This document shows, piece after piece, positions 25,862-33,788 of a stretch of DNA of 33,788 nt. The first letter of the stretch is position 1, and the number at the start of each line of letters is the position of its first letter. The notes under the pieces were generated by a model, which was not told where the DNA came from, searched no databases, and saw only the letters and a program-made list of their open reading frames with translations. The position numbers were made by a program, and so were the translations under genes. Source of the DNA: a virus (lineage: Duplodnaviria > Heunggongvirae > Uroviricota > Caudoviricetes); IMG/VR virus record IMGVR_UViG_3300028374_000006. The stretch is one strand, 5' to 3'.

Positions 25862-26746
25862 ATGACGATCACAACCCCTTTGGCACGTCTTCGGAAGCTG
25901 GATTTCGTTTATACGGAACTCCAAAAGGCTTTCCCCGATACCGGTCCACACAATATGATGATCGCGGGCGGTGCGGTAAGGGACATCCTTACCGGTAACG
26001 ACCCGAAGGACATCGACGTATTTATCACCGGGGGTAACAAGCGTGGCGTCTTTGCCCGCCTCATGAAAGACAGTGTGGGGCAATTACTTCGCACCAAAGT
26101 CAGTCAGATCCTATCACATTTCAGCCCGACTCATCACGTATGGTCGGTTGTAGATTCCACGTCGATCACTCGTATCCAAGACAAGGATGCTGTGGTTGTG
26201 TTAGGTGAAGTGGTTGATATCGATGAAGTAGATCGCCGTGACCGGATTGCTAACGGGCATATTGGACCAGACGACCCATTTGATACGACCCTTGATAGGG
26301 GTGGCGTTGCTTTTGGGTATCCCGTCCAGATAATGTGCTACACGCATTGTAGGACGCTGGATGAAATCGTAGCAACATTTGACCTTGACATTTGTATGTA
26401 TGGGTACAATAGAGAGCGATTGATTACAGTGGACAGTTCGCCGCCGCTCGATGTTTTGGACAAAAAGCTCAAGGGCGAGTTGCCCGTTGAAATTTTACAT
26501 ACACACGACCGGATGCGGACGTACTCCCGGCTGAAACGTTTTCATGATAAGTACGGCGTGGATACGACGGAGGCTAAAGCGAAGCTCCGAGACCTGCCGT
26601 TGTCACAGACGGAGGTCGTGTTTGAGTACGATGTGGAAAAGGCGGAGATAAAGCGGCAAAAAGTTGAACCAGCAGTTGAAGTTAGCGATCACGGTCTTAG
26701 TGATCTGTGGGCAAGCCCGCCCGATATATCGGGTTTATTTGGTTAA
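25862..26746 (+). CDS. Divergent class II (CCA/poly(A) polymerase head-like) nucleotidyltransferase
   Basis: MMIAGGAVRDILTGNDPKDIDVFI (motif A). TFDLDIC replaces RRD. No DDxxR template motif. Confidence 0.75.
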   Translation: MTITTPLARLRKLDFVYTELQKAFPDTGPHNMMIAGGAVRDILTGNDPKDIDVFITGGNKRGVFARLMKDSVGQLLRTKVSQILSHFSPTHHVWSVVDSTSITRIQDKDAVVVLGEVVDIDEVDRRDRIANGHIGPDDPFDTTLDRGGVAFGYPVQIMCYTHCRTLDEIVATFDLDICMYGYNRERLITVDSSPPLDVLDKKLKGELPVEILHTHDRMRTYSRLKRFHDKYGVDTTEAKAKLRDLPLSQTEVVFEYDVEKAEIKRQKVEPAVEVSDHGLSDLWASPPDISGLFG

Positions 26747-26760
26747 TTACGGAGGAATTT

Positions 26761-28404
26761 GTGGGACAGAAAAAGACGATTCTATTTGACAACAAAGCGC
26801 TCAATCGTTTGCAAGCGGGCGTAAACACGTTGGCCGATGCGGTAAAGGTAACGCTGGGGCCGCGTGGACGTAACGTTGCGTTGCAAAAGCAGTTCGGTCA
26901 GCCTAACGTCACCAAAGACGGCGTGTCCGTGGCTCGTGAAATCGAAATCGAAGACCGATTCGAGAACATGGGCGCTCAGACGATCAAAGAGGCGGCTATC
27001 CGCACGGCTGAAATGGCAGGTGACGGTACGACGACCGCAACGGTTATCGCACAGGCGCTTTTCAACGAAGCCCGCAAGATGGTGGCTTCAGGACTTTCCC
27101 CGATCCCTCTGAAGCGCGGTATGGACCGGGCCGTAGCCGAGGGTGTGAATTACCTCCGTTACCTCGCCAAAGAGGTCGATAACGTCGAAGAAATCAAATG
27201 GGTTGCTACTATCTCTTCGAACGGCGACGAAGCCCTCGGTGAAATGATCGCCGAAGCGATGGAAAAAGTCGGCAAGGGTGGTGTGATCTCCGTTGAAGAA
27301 GGCAAGTCCACCAACACCGTTCTGGAGTTTTCCGAGGGTATGCAACTGGACCGGGGATACCTGAACCCGGACTTCGCCCGAATGGAAGAAGATGGTGTCG
27401 TGAGCCTAGAGAACCCTCTGGTTCTGTTGGCTGACAAGCGCATTTCATCCGCCCAAGACATCATGAGTGCGATGGAGCACGCGGCATCCCAGCGACGCCC
27501 CTTGTTCGTCGTAGCACATGATGTGGAAGGTGAAGCCCTTGCGATGCTGATTACCAACCACTTGCAGGGTAAGCTCAAGGCATGTGCCGTGAAAGCTCCA
27601 CGCATTGGGGACAAGCGGTCGCAGGTACTCGAAGACCTTGCGGTCCTCACGGGTGGTCAAGTTATTTCCCCGGAAAAGGGAATCACGTTCAAGTCGGTAC
27701 ATCCCGGTGACTATCTGGGTGGTTGCGCCACGGCGTCCGCTGCCAAGCAACACACGACCTTCTTGGGTGGTGACGGCGAAGATGATGCTATTGCACAACG
27801 CATCAAAGTCCTTCGCGGACAGGTCAAACTTTCCGGTAGCCCGCACGATCAGGAATTCACCCAACAGCGTATCAGCCAGCTTGGTGGTGGTATGGCTGTG
27901 ATCCGGGTTGGTGCCAATTCGGAGGTTGAACTCAAGGAGTACAAGGCCCGTGTGGAAGACGCCCTCAGCGCCACGAAAGCCGCTGTGAAAGGTGGTGTGT
28001 GTCCCGGAGGAGGTTGCACATTGATCGAAGTCTCCAACATGCTCAACATCTTGGCGGAGGACGAGGAGACGGTGTTCGTCAACGAGGAAGAGAAAGCTGG
28101 TTGGGTTCTGGTAGCCAAGGCTCTTGAAGCCCCGTTCCAGCAAATCGTGAAAAATGCGGGCCTTTCGCCGGAAGTGCTGTTGCACCAGTACCGCACGGAA
28201 GTCGAAAAGCGTGAGACGCCGGATCTTGTGTTCGATGTGAACGCCGAAGAGATTCGTCCCTGCTTTGAAGCTGGTATCGTTGACCCGGTACTGGTTGTCG
28301 AAGAGGGAATCAAGAACGCGGTGTCGGTATCGTCTCTTTTGATTACGACTTCGTGTGCTATCGGATTCGCTTCGAAGGACAATAAGCCCGACGAAGATGA
28401 ATAA
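26761..28404 (+). CDS. groEL: GroEL-like chaperonin (547 aa)
   Basis: LGPRGRNV, VTKDGVSVA, AGDGTTTA, ARVEDAL and PGGG motifs. GTG 26761 has a GGAGG SD and is preferred over 26707. Confidence 0.95.
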   Translation: MGQKKTILFDNKALNRLQAGVNTLADAVKVTLGPRGRNVALQKQFGQPNVTKDGVSVAREIEIEDRFENMGAQTIKEAAIRTAEMAGDGTTTATVIAQALFNEARKMVASGLSPIPLKRGMDRAVAEGVNYLRYLAKEVDNVEEIKWVATISSNGDEALGEMIAEAMEKVGKGGVISVEEGKSTNTVLEFSEGMQLDRGYLNPDFARMEEDGVVSLENPLVLLADKRISSAQDIMSAMEHAASQRRPLFVVAHDVEGEALAMLITNHLQGKLKACAVKAPRIGDKRSQVLEDLAVLTGGQVISPEKGITFKSVHPGDYLGGCATASAAKQHTTFLGGDGEDDAIAQRIKVLRGQVKLSGSPHDQEFTQQRISQLGGGMAVIRVGANSEVELKEYKARVEDALSATKAAVKGGVCPGGGCTLIEVSNMLNILAEDEETVFVNEEEKAGWVLVAKALEAPFQQIVKNAGLSPEVLLHQYRTEVEKRETPDLVFDVNAEEIRPCFEAGIVDPVLVVEEGIKNAVSVSSLLITTSCAIGFASKDNKPDEDE

Positions 28405-28406
28405 AC

Positions 28407-28435
28407 TTGACGGGTCAGGACGTTTAAGGTATAGG
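28407..28435 (+). promoter_or_regulatory. Probable sigma70-type promoter
   Basis: TTGACG-N17-TATAGG upstream of the HD gene. Confidence 0.5.
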
Positions 28436-28442
28436 TGATACT

Positions 28443-28934
28443 ATGAGTGACTCTATACAGACAGCGCAAGACTTCGCGGCAAAAGCCCATAAAGGGCAGA
28501 TGTATGGAAGTCAGCCCTACACGTACCATTTGGTACAGGTAGCGAATGTCCTGACCCGTTTTGGTTTCGACGACACCGACCTTCACGTGGCCGCATGGCT
28601 TCACGATGTGGTAGAGGATACCGATACCACCGTCGAAGACGTACAAGCCCTTGTGGGCGATGTGGTAGCCGACATCGTGCAACGTGTGACCGATGAGCCG
28701 GGCGCTAACCGTAAGGAACGTAAGGCTAAGACTTACCCCAAGATTAAGGGGGATGTATCGGCCACCCTCATTAAGTTGGCCGATCGAATTGCCAACGTAG
28801 AGAATTGCATAGCCACGGGAAAGCGGGGTCTGTACGGTATGTATTGCAAAGAGCAGCCCGAATTCCGCAAAGCCCTTTTCGTAGACGCCCCTGAGACTGC
28901 CTCGTTGTGGGCGCATCTGGAAGCTATTACGTAA
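28443..28934 (+). CDS. HD-domain hydrolase, RelA/SpoT hydrolase-like (Mesh1/small alarmone hydrolase type)
   Basis: AAKAHKGQ...PYTYHL...AAWLHDVVEDT...IKLADRIAN. Confidence 0.85.
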   Translation: MSDSIQTAQDFAAKAHKGQMYGSQPYTYHLVQVANVLTRFGFDDTDLHVAAWLHDVVEDTDTTVEDVQALVGDVVADIVQRVTDEPGANRKERKAKTYPKIKGDVSATLIKLADRIANVENCIATGKRGLYGMYCKEQPEFRKALFVDAPETASLWAHLEAIT

Positions 28935-28956
28935 CAGGGTTGGTAACACACGTATC

Positions 28957-28987
28957 AAGGTCGCCTTTAGGGGCGGCCTTTTCTTTT
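28957..28987 (+). terminator. Rho-independent terminator
   Basis: AAGGTCGCCT...GGGCGGCCTT stem followed by TTCTTTT. Confidence 0.8.
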
Positions 28988-29014
28988 GACCCCCTCCTTG
29001 GGGTGTGTTATAAC
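28986..29014 (+). promoter_or_regulatory. Sigma70-type promoter with extended -10
   Basis: TTGACC-N17-TGnTATAAC. Confidence 0.75.
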
Positions 29015-29020
29015 CGCCAA

Positions 29021-29190
29021 GCCTATAACATGTGGCGATGCACAGCCACGGCGGTTTGGGGAAGGGAATGCGGGACCATTTCAACGCCTGAAGGTGTTGC
29101 CCTACACACTTACAGGGAAACGAGATGGTGAGCAGACTGAATCCAGCCGATGGGACATGAGGGCAGGGGAACAACGGGTTCAACCGCCTA
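29021..29190 (+). ncRNA. Candidate structured RNA or long 5' leader (unclassified)
   Basis: Follows a strong promoter, has no convincing ORF and contains several nested stems identified by eye. Confidence 0.3.
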
Positions 29191-29317
29191 TATTAAAGGT
29201 TGGATCCGTAGGGGTTGTCCTATAATGCCCGTCACACTGGCGCGGATATTCTTTGAGCAGGTAAGCGTTCGAAGAGTACTTCCGCGATAGGTTATGATTT
29301 TCCAAGAGGGTAGGAAA

Positions 29318-30022
29318 ATGCTCCCCGTCTATTTCATACGTGATGTCCATTATGGTGGTGATGTTAGCAACGGCTATAGCGGTCAAGCATGGCTTCGCGA
29401 ACACGCACCGGGCAAATACGTTTTGGATTTTTTGCCCATGAGCGGTAAACCGGCGCTGTACAATTCCGTATGCTTCACAGACCCGGATGATGCAGCCGCT
29501 GCAGTGATCTCGGCTTCAAAGCAAGACCTTTATGGCTTGGATGCAGAGCGTGAGTTGACGACTAAAAAACCACGCCCGGAGCTACAGGTCGTGAAAATAC
29601 CTTGTTCTGTATACCCAATGCAGTGTGATGTGGCAGGTACGTTCCCTTCGACTTCCTCAGCGTTCATTCACGCCGACAAGGGGCCGTTTACTTACTACGC
29701 CTTGCGGGAAACCACCTTAGAGTCTTACTTTTACCGGTGTAACCTGAGAGGGGTGCTTTTGCAGCCCTTAGATAAGGCCACGCTTTTCACCACACATAAG
29801 AAAGCGGCCAACCAGCTTTCCCGGTTGCTCAAATGGAACTCCGAGGTACGGGTATCTTCGGATGAACTTGAACTTGTACGAGCAAAGGACCTCCGGTGGC
29901 GGGTCGAAAAGCGCCACGGTTTTCTGGTCGAAAAAGCCAACTCCCGCATGACCAAACTCTTCGGTCAGGGTGATTGGCGGCAAACACCTTTCATGGTAGT
30001 TCCCCACCTTGAGAGTTTCTGA
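29318..30022 (+). CDS. Hypothetical protein
   Basis: ATG 29318 follows a purine-rich SD (GAGGGTAGG); alternative ATG at 29294. No motif recognised. Confidence 0.7.
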   Translation: MLPVYFIRDVHYGGDVSNGYSGQAWLREHAPGKYVLDFLPMSGKPALYNSVCFTDPDDAAAAVISASKQDLYGLDAERELTTKKPRPELQVVKIPCSVYPMQCDVAGTFPSTSSAFIHADKGPFTYYALRETTLESYFYRCNLRGVLLQPLDKATLFTTHKKAANQLSRLLKWNSEVRVSSDELELVRAKDLRWRVEKRHGFLVEKANSRMTKLFGQGDWRQTPFMVVPHLESF

Positions 30023-30196
30023 GGATCCCGGTTTCTTCAACAAAATTAGGTACTTACCGATAGCTGTCCTCAAATGAGGACGGCTAAGTGTGTTGAATGT
30101 CTAAAGTTTTTGACGAATTGCTCGTTTTAGGGTATATGTTAATGCGAGGGTGGTATGTCCTTCGCATAAATTATCCTGAGACTCAAGGAATCATAA

Positions 30197-32176
30197 ATGC
30201 GACACTACACGACATTAGCCTTACTTGTTCTGGTCTTGACGGCCTTTGGTTGTACCGAAGAGGTTCCGACCTATCCCGTAACCACGGACACCGTAACCAG
30301 CCCTGATGCTGGTACGGACACTTACACTGAAGAAGTTCGGGTGGACAGCGACACGGGAATTGTTCCTGATACGGACAGTGGCACCGATCAGGAAACCGGT
30401 TTGGATACGGGTGAAGATGCGGGTTCGGATACCGATACCGGAGAGCAAGACATCGGTACAGATTCGGGTACGGACACGGACACCGACACCGGCATGGATG
30501 CGGAGGACACCAGTACCGATACGGGAGACGATGGTGGTGATACGGGAGACGAGGTAGAAACGGACACCCCTGAGATTGATTGTGATCCGGGGTACGAGGT
30601 GGTCAATGGTGCGTGCGCCAATATCGACGAGTGCAACGACCCCAATGTTTGTGGTCCCAACGCAACTTGTGCCGATACCGAAGGCGATTACGACTGTACC
30701 TGTGACGCGGGCTATGCGGATGTGGCTGGTACCTGTGAGGATGTGAACGAATGCGACGACCCCAACGTTTGTGGAAACGGTACCGAATGCAACAACACGC
30801 TGGGCGGATATGAGTGTTTGAACGTGGATGAGTGTGTTGACGGTACGGATTCCTGCAGCGCTGGAACCGAATGTATAGACGGTGATCCTCTTAATGGGGA
30901 ACAGGCTTTCACTTGCGCCAACGTGGATGAGTGCAGCAACGGGTCCGCCAATTGCCAAACGGGAACCACCTGCCAAGATCTCGACCCTAACACAGACAAC
31001 GATACTTACGCTTGCGTAGATAACAACGAGTGCGCCAACGGCACAGCGGTTTGCGATTCAAACGCAACATGCACAAACACTTACGGATCATTTTCATGTG
31101 CTTGCGATAGCGGCTTCACAGGCGACGGGTTCAGTTGCCGGGAGCTAAACGTTTGCGGCGACGGTATCGTGGATTCGGCAGAGGTTTGTGACGAGGGTGC
31201 GAGCACGGGCGACGTATGTGTCCCCGGATATGGACAGACTTGCACTTGGTGTGATTCGTGTACCCAAGTGGTGACGGAAACCGGGGCGACTTGCGGTAAC
31301 GGCAACCTCGACGTTAATGAAGGCGAAGAATGTGATGGAGGGCCGGGTTGTACGGCATCCTGTGCTGTTGCTACTGGATACACGTGCATCGGGGGTGCCC
31401 CGTGCCTGAATCCCTGTGAACAGTACGTGGGGGATTTCACAGCAAACACAAACTCAGACTTGATTACCCTTTCCGGGTATTGTTCGGTAGACGGTAATGT
31501 AACCATCACCGGAACCGCTACCCAACTGTTTGAAGTCCACACGTTGCGCGAGATTCTGGGGACTTTTCGTCTGGACCTCAACAATAGCACGGGAAATAAG
31601 GCACGTTTTGAATACGTCAATAACGAAGTGGCTTTTGCGGATTTGGAAACCGTCACGAGTAATTTTGAAATGGATAATTTCGTGGTCACGGATCTCGTCA
31701 CTAACCAAGGCGATGCTGTTGATTTTGTGGGCTTTCCCTCTTTGACCACTATTGGTGGTGACATGTTTATCCGCGATGGGGCCAAAGAGGCTAACACCAC
31801 TAACCCCTTGACAATGGATGCTTTCAACGCACTCCTTACGGTTGGTGGGGATTTACAAATCATTTTTACGGATTTTTACACGGTGTCTGGTTTTCAGTCC
31901 GTCACGTCCGTGGGTGGCGTAATGTATATTCAACAAAACCCGGATCTTGTTTCGTTGGGCGGAGCGTTTTCCAGTTCATTGACGGTGCAGGGTGCGAATG
32001 CCGCCAGTCAGTACATTATTGATATCCAAGGGAACCACCCCGATCTGGTAGATTACCAGAATGGACAATACCAAGGAGATGGCTGTGGTGTGTGTGATAA
32101 AGCCCAAGAGAATTCGTACCAGCATTGCCCTAGCCACGATACCAACGCTCCAGTGACTTGCCGCGTAAAATCCTAG
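30197..32176 (+). CDS. Lipoprotein with calcium-binding EGF-like repeats, myxobacterial Cys-rich (DUF4215-like) repeats and C-terminal receptor-L-domain-like repeats
   Basis: Signal peptide with lipobox AFG-C19 and a D/T/G-rich linker. Five N-I/V-D/N-E-C-type repeats. CGDGIVDSAEVCDEG and CGNGNLDVNEGEECDGG. Repeats FPSLTTIGG, FNALLTVGG and FQSVTSVGG. Confidence 0.85.
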   Translation: MRHYTTLALLVLVLTAFGCTEEVPTYPVTTDTVTSPDAGTDTYTEEVRVDSDTGIVPDTDSGTDQETGLDTGEDAGSDTDTGEQDIGTDSGTDTDTDTGMDAEDTSTDTGDDGGDTGDEVETDTPEIDCDPGYEVVNGACANIDECNDPNVCGPNATCADTEGDYDCTCDAGYADVAGTCEDVNECDDPNVCGNGTECNNTLGGYECLNVDECVDGTDSCSAGTECIDGDPLNGEQAFTCANVDECSNGSANCQTGTTCQDLDPNTDNDTYACVDNNECANGTAVCDSNATCTNTYGSFSCACDSGFTGDGFSCRELNVCGDGIVDSAEVCDEGASTGDVCVPGYGQTCTWCDSCTQVVTETGATCGNGNLDVNEGEECDGGPGCTASCAVATGYTCIGGAPCLNPCEQYVGDFTANTNSDLITLSGYCSVDGNVTITGTATQLFEVHTLREILGTFRLDLNNSTGNKARFEYVNNEVAFADLETVTSNFEMDNFVVTDLVTNQGDAVDFVGFPSLTTIGGDMFIRDGAKEANTTNPLTMDAFNALLTVGGDLQIIFTDFYTVSGFQSVTSVGGVMYIQQNPDLVSLGGAFSSSLTVQGANAASQYIIDIQGNHPDLVDYQNGQYQGDGCGVCDKAQENSYQHCPSHDTNAPVTCRVKS

Positions 32177-32231
32177 GCCGGGCCTAGCTCAACCCAAAAA
32201 GCTCTTATACGGTCTGTATAGTGGAGGCCGT

Positions 32232-33086
32232 ATGAGAGCTTTAGTTTTATCAGGAGGTGCCGCCCACGGTGCTTTTCAGGCCGGGGCGATTCAGGCCCTC
32301 TACGAAATAGGGTGGATACCCGAGATCATTTGCGGATCATCGGTGGGGGCCATCAATGCCGCTGGTCTAGCTTCGGGTAAATCACCGGAGCACCTGTGTG
32401 AACTCTGGCGCAAGGTTACGAGTCGGGATGTGTACCGGTGGCGTCCCCCTAACCAATGGCTGAAGTTCTGGAAATGGAGCCATGTCCTCGATACCACACC
32501 TCTTTCGAAACTCCTCAACAAATACGTAGATTTCGACGAACTTCAGCACTCACCGCAAACCGTTACGTGTTTCAGTGTGGACGTCCGTACTGGACACCTT
32601 CAGGGCTACGCTAACAGGGTAACAGGGTTGCCCCCGAAGTTCCGTCGCCTTTACCGTCCAGACTTGCTTGACGTGGATGCTGTGATGTCCTCGACAGCAA
32701 TCCCTTTGGTGTTTCCGTGGTCCCGTGGCGAATGGGATGGATCTCTGTTACAGTATGCTCCGTTGAAACCGGCTGTCTTGTTAGGGGCCACCGAGATCGT
32801 GGTAGTATCTCTCGAAATTCATGAGCCGGAACCCGCGTTGCCTACGGGAGTGGTACAGACGGCTCTTCGCATCCTCGATATTAGTTCTATGTCAAGGTTA
32901 CGTAGTGATCTCCGAACGCTCCTTGCGAGGAACAACCAAGACGGGTACAGGAATATAGACGTGCGGGTGATCCGCCCTTTACGGAACCTTGGGTACTCCA
33001 AGCTGAATTTCAATTCCCCGTTGAAAGAGGCGGCCATCGCACACGGACGTAATTGCGCTCACCAGATCATGAGTCAAGATGTTTGA
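32232..33086 (+). CDS. Patatin-like phospholipase
   Basis: ALVLSGGAAHGAFQAG (glycine-rich), GSSVG (GxSxG nucleophile) and WDGSL (catalytic Asp). GGAGG SD. Confidence 0.9.
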   Translation: MRALVLSGGAAHGAFQAGAIQALYEIGWIPEIICGSSVGAINAAGLASGKSPEHLCELWRKVTSRDVYRWRPPNQWLKFWKWSHVLDTTPLSKLLNKYVDFDELQHSPQTVTCFSVDVRTGHLQGYANRVTGLPPKFRRLYRPDLLDVDAVMSSTAIPLVFPWSRGEWDGSLLQYAPLKPAVLLGATEIVVVSLEIHEPEPALPTGVVQTALRILDISSMSRLRSDLRTLLARNNQDGYRNIDVRVIRPLRNLGYSKLNFNSPLKEAAIAHGRNCAHQIMSQDV

Positions 33087-33393
33087 ATTCGACAACGACG
33101 GACCGCGTTATTACATACGGTTGGAACAGAAGACCGATTACCTAAACCTTCTGTACGTGCCGCACGCCGACTTTGATACCGCGCAGGCCAACCAATCACT
33201 AATGCTTCTATTTCGGCAGTATGCCGATCCCTGCGGTACGATAGCCTATTTCGATCCCCACGAGTATTGCATCATTTCGAGCCGGGCCAAGGAATACAAG
33301 GGGTTGCGCGTTTATTTGTACGACGATCAGGCTCCTTACGACGGTTATTATTTGGACGGACGGTTTATTGAAGCACTGGAGGAAGTTCCATGA
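33079..33393 (+). CDS. Hypothetical protein
   Basis: 104-aa ORF overlapping both neighbours. Confidence 0.7.
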   Translation: MFEFDNDGPRYYIRLEQKTDYLNLLYVPHADFDTAQANQSLMLLFRQYADPCGTIAYFDPHEYCIISSRAKEYKGLRVYLYDDQAPYDGYYLDGRFIEALEEVP

Positions 33394-33764
33394 GCGTTTT
33401 CAAATGGTCGATCAATCACAAGGCCCGTATGGCCGATGTGCAACAGTTAATCGAAACCTTCGGCTTTAAGCCGACAGGGGACAAGGACCACATGTACGCC
33501 CACAAGATTAGCGCGGGGACGTACTGGCGGGAGATGAAAGTTAGGCTACGCCCGGAAGAGGCGGTTTTCTTCTTGCTCAAAGAGGAGGAGTCGACCACTG
33601 AAACTTACTTTGACTATCTAGTGAAAGCGAGTTTCTTGATGGGGCAATTGGCCGGAAAGATTGAGCTTTTGCCCGTCAAAGAGGAAGGGGTGGAGTTACC
33701 CGAAGCCGACTATGACGATGAGGACGACGATGACGAGGAGCTAGCGCAAGGGGAGACGTCTTGA
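33390..33764 (+). CDS. Hypothetical protein with acidic C-terminus
   Basis: ATGA overlap and GGAGG SD. Ends DDEDDDDEE. Confidence 0.7.
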   Translation: MSVFKWSINHKARMADVQQLIETFGFKPTGDKDHMYAHKISAGTYWREMKVRLRPEEAVFFLLKEEESTTETYFDYLVKASFLMGQLAGKIELLPVKEEGVELPEADYDDEDDDDEELAQGETS

Positions 33765-33788
33765 TGATACGTATCGAAAGGTGTAAGG

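Noticed and set aside
11235-26746. The two nucleotidyltransferases as a split CC-adding plus A-adding pair
   Set aside because: The 25862 enzyme lacks the RRD and EDxxR motifs needed to assign it as CC-adding, and the two genes lie in different expression regimes. This cannot be supported from sequence alone.
27849-29183. 444-aa minus-strand ORF
   Set aside because: It lies antisense to groEL and the HD hydrolase and crosses a terminator and a promoter. It has no recognisable domain.
29170-29190. GGGTTCAACC T-loop-like sequence suggesting a tRNA
   Set aside because: No acceptor, D or anticodon arms could be built around it.
30340-30570. Short GATACGGG/GACACGG-like repeats suggesting a CRISPR or tandem array
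   Set aside because: They are irregular codon repeats encoding the D-T-G linker of the lipoprotein, with no constant repeat-spacer period.
30221-31863. Long minus-strand ORFs (251 and 260 aa) opposite the lipoprotein
   Set aside because: Expected by-product of the repetitive, codon-biased plus-strand gene.
32173-32187. CTAGGC-CGG-GCCTAG hairpin after the lipoprotein gene
   Set aside because: Only 6 bp with a 3-nt loop and no U-tract, so it is too weak to call a terminator.
1-33788. Genome-wide stop-codon reassignment
   Set aside because: TAA, TGA and TAG all end normal genes (TAG at 641 and 32176), and long genes contain no internal stops. The three stops at 23667-23807 are all different codons.

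Overview
The window looks like part of a large contractile-tailed (myovirus, jumbo-like) phage genome. All credible genes are on the + strand and read with the standard code. Bases 1-23.9 kb are a virion morphogenesis region: probable neck/head-tail proteins, an HK97 gp10-like protein, a tail terminator-like protein and a 1517-aa tail sheath. Interleaved with these are an intein-split actin-like ATPase, a CCA-type nucleotidyltransferase, a ParB-like protein and many small proteins. Bases 24-33.8 kb are an accessory region with sigma70-type promoters and Rho-independent terminators. It encodes a metallophosphoesterase, a second nucleotidyltransferase, GroEL, an HD hydrolase, a myxobacterial-type EGF/Cys-rich lipoprotein and a patatin. 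The most striking pattern is that about ten otherwise unrelated proteins in the structural region carry one of two short conserved N-terminal leaders. Class A is DLxxxLIxLG...LRxHxxPxL and class B is A/SxxVARxY/FL; in most cases a [KR]-x-[AS] junction follows. I infer a modular capsid-targeting and protease-cleavage system for virion cargo. One such gene (22860) is built like a polyprotein and continues in frame through three different stop codons into a second zinc-ribbon module. No tRNA, rRNA or CRISPR array was recognised. Functional calls come from motifs read by eye; no database search was run.
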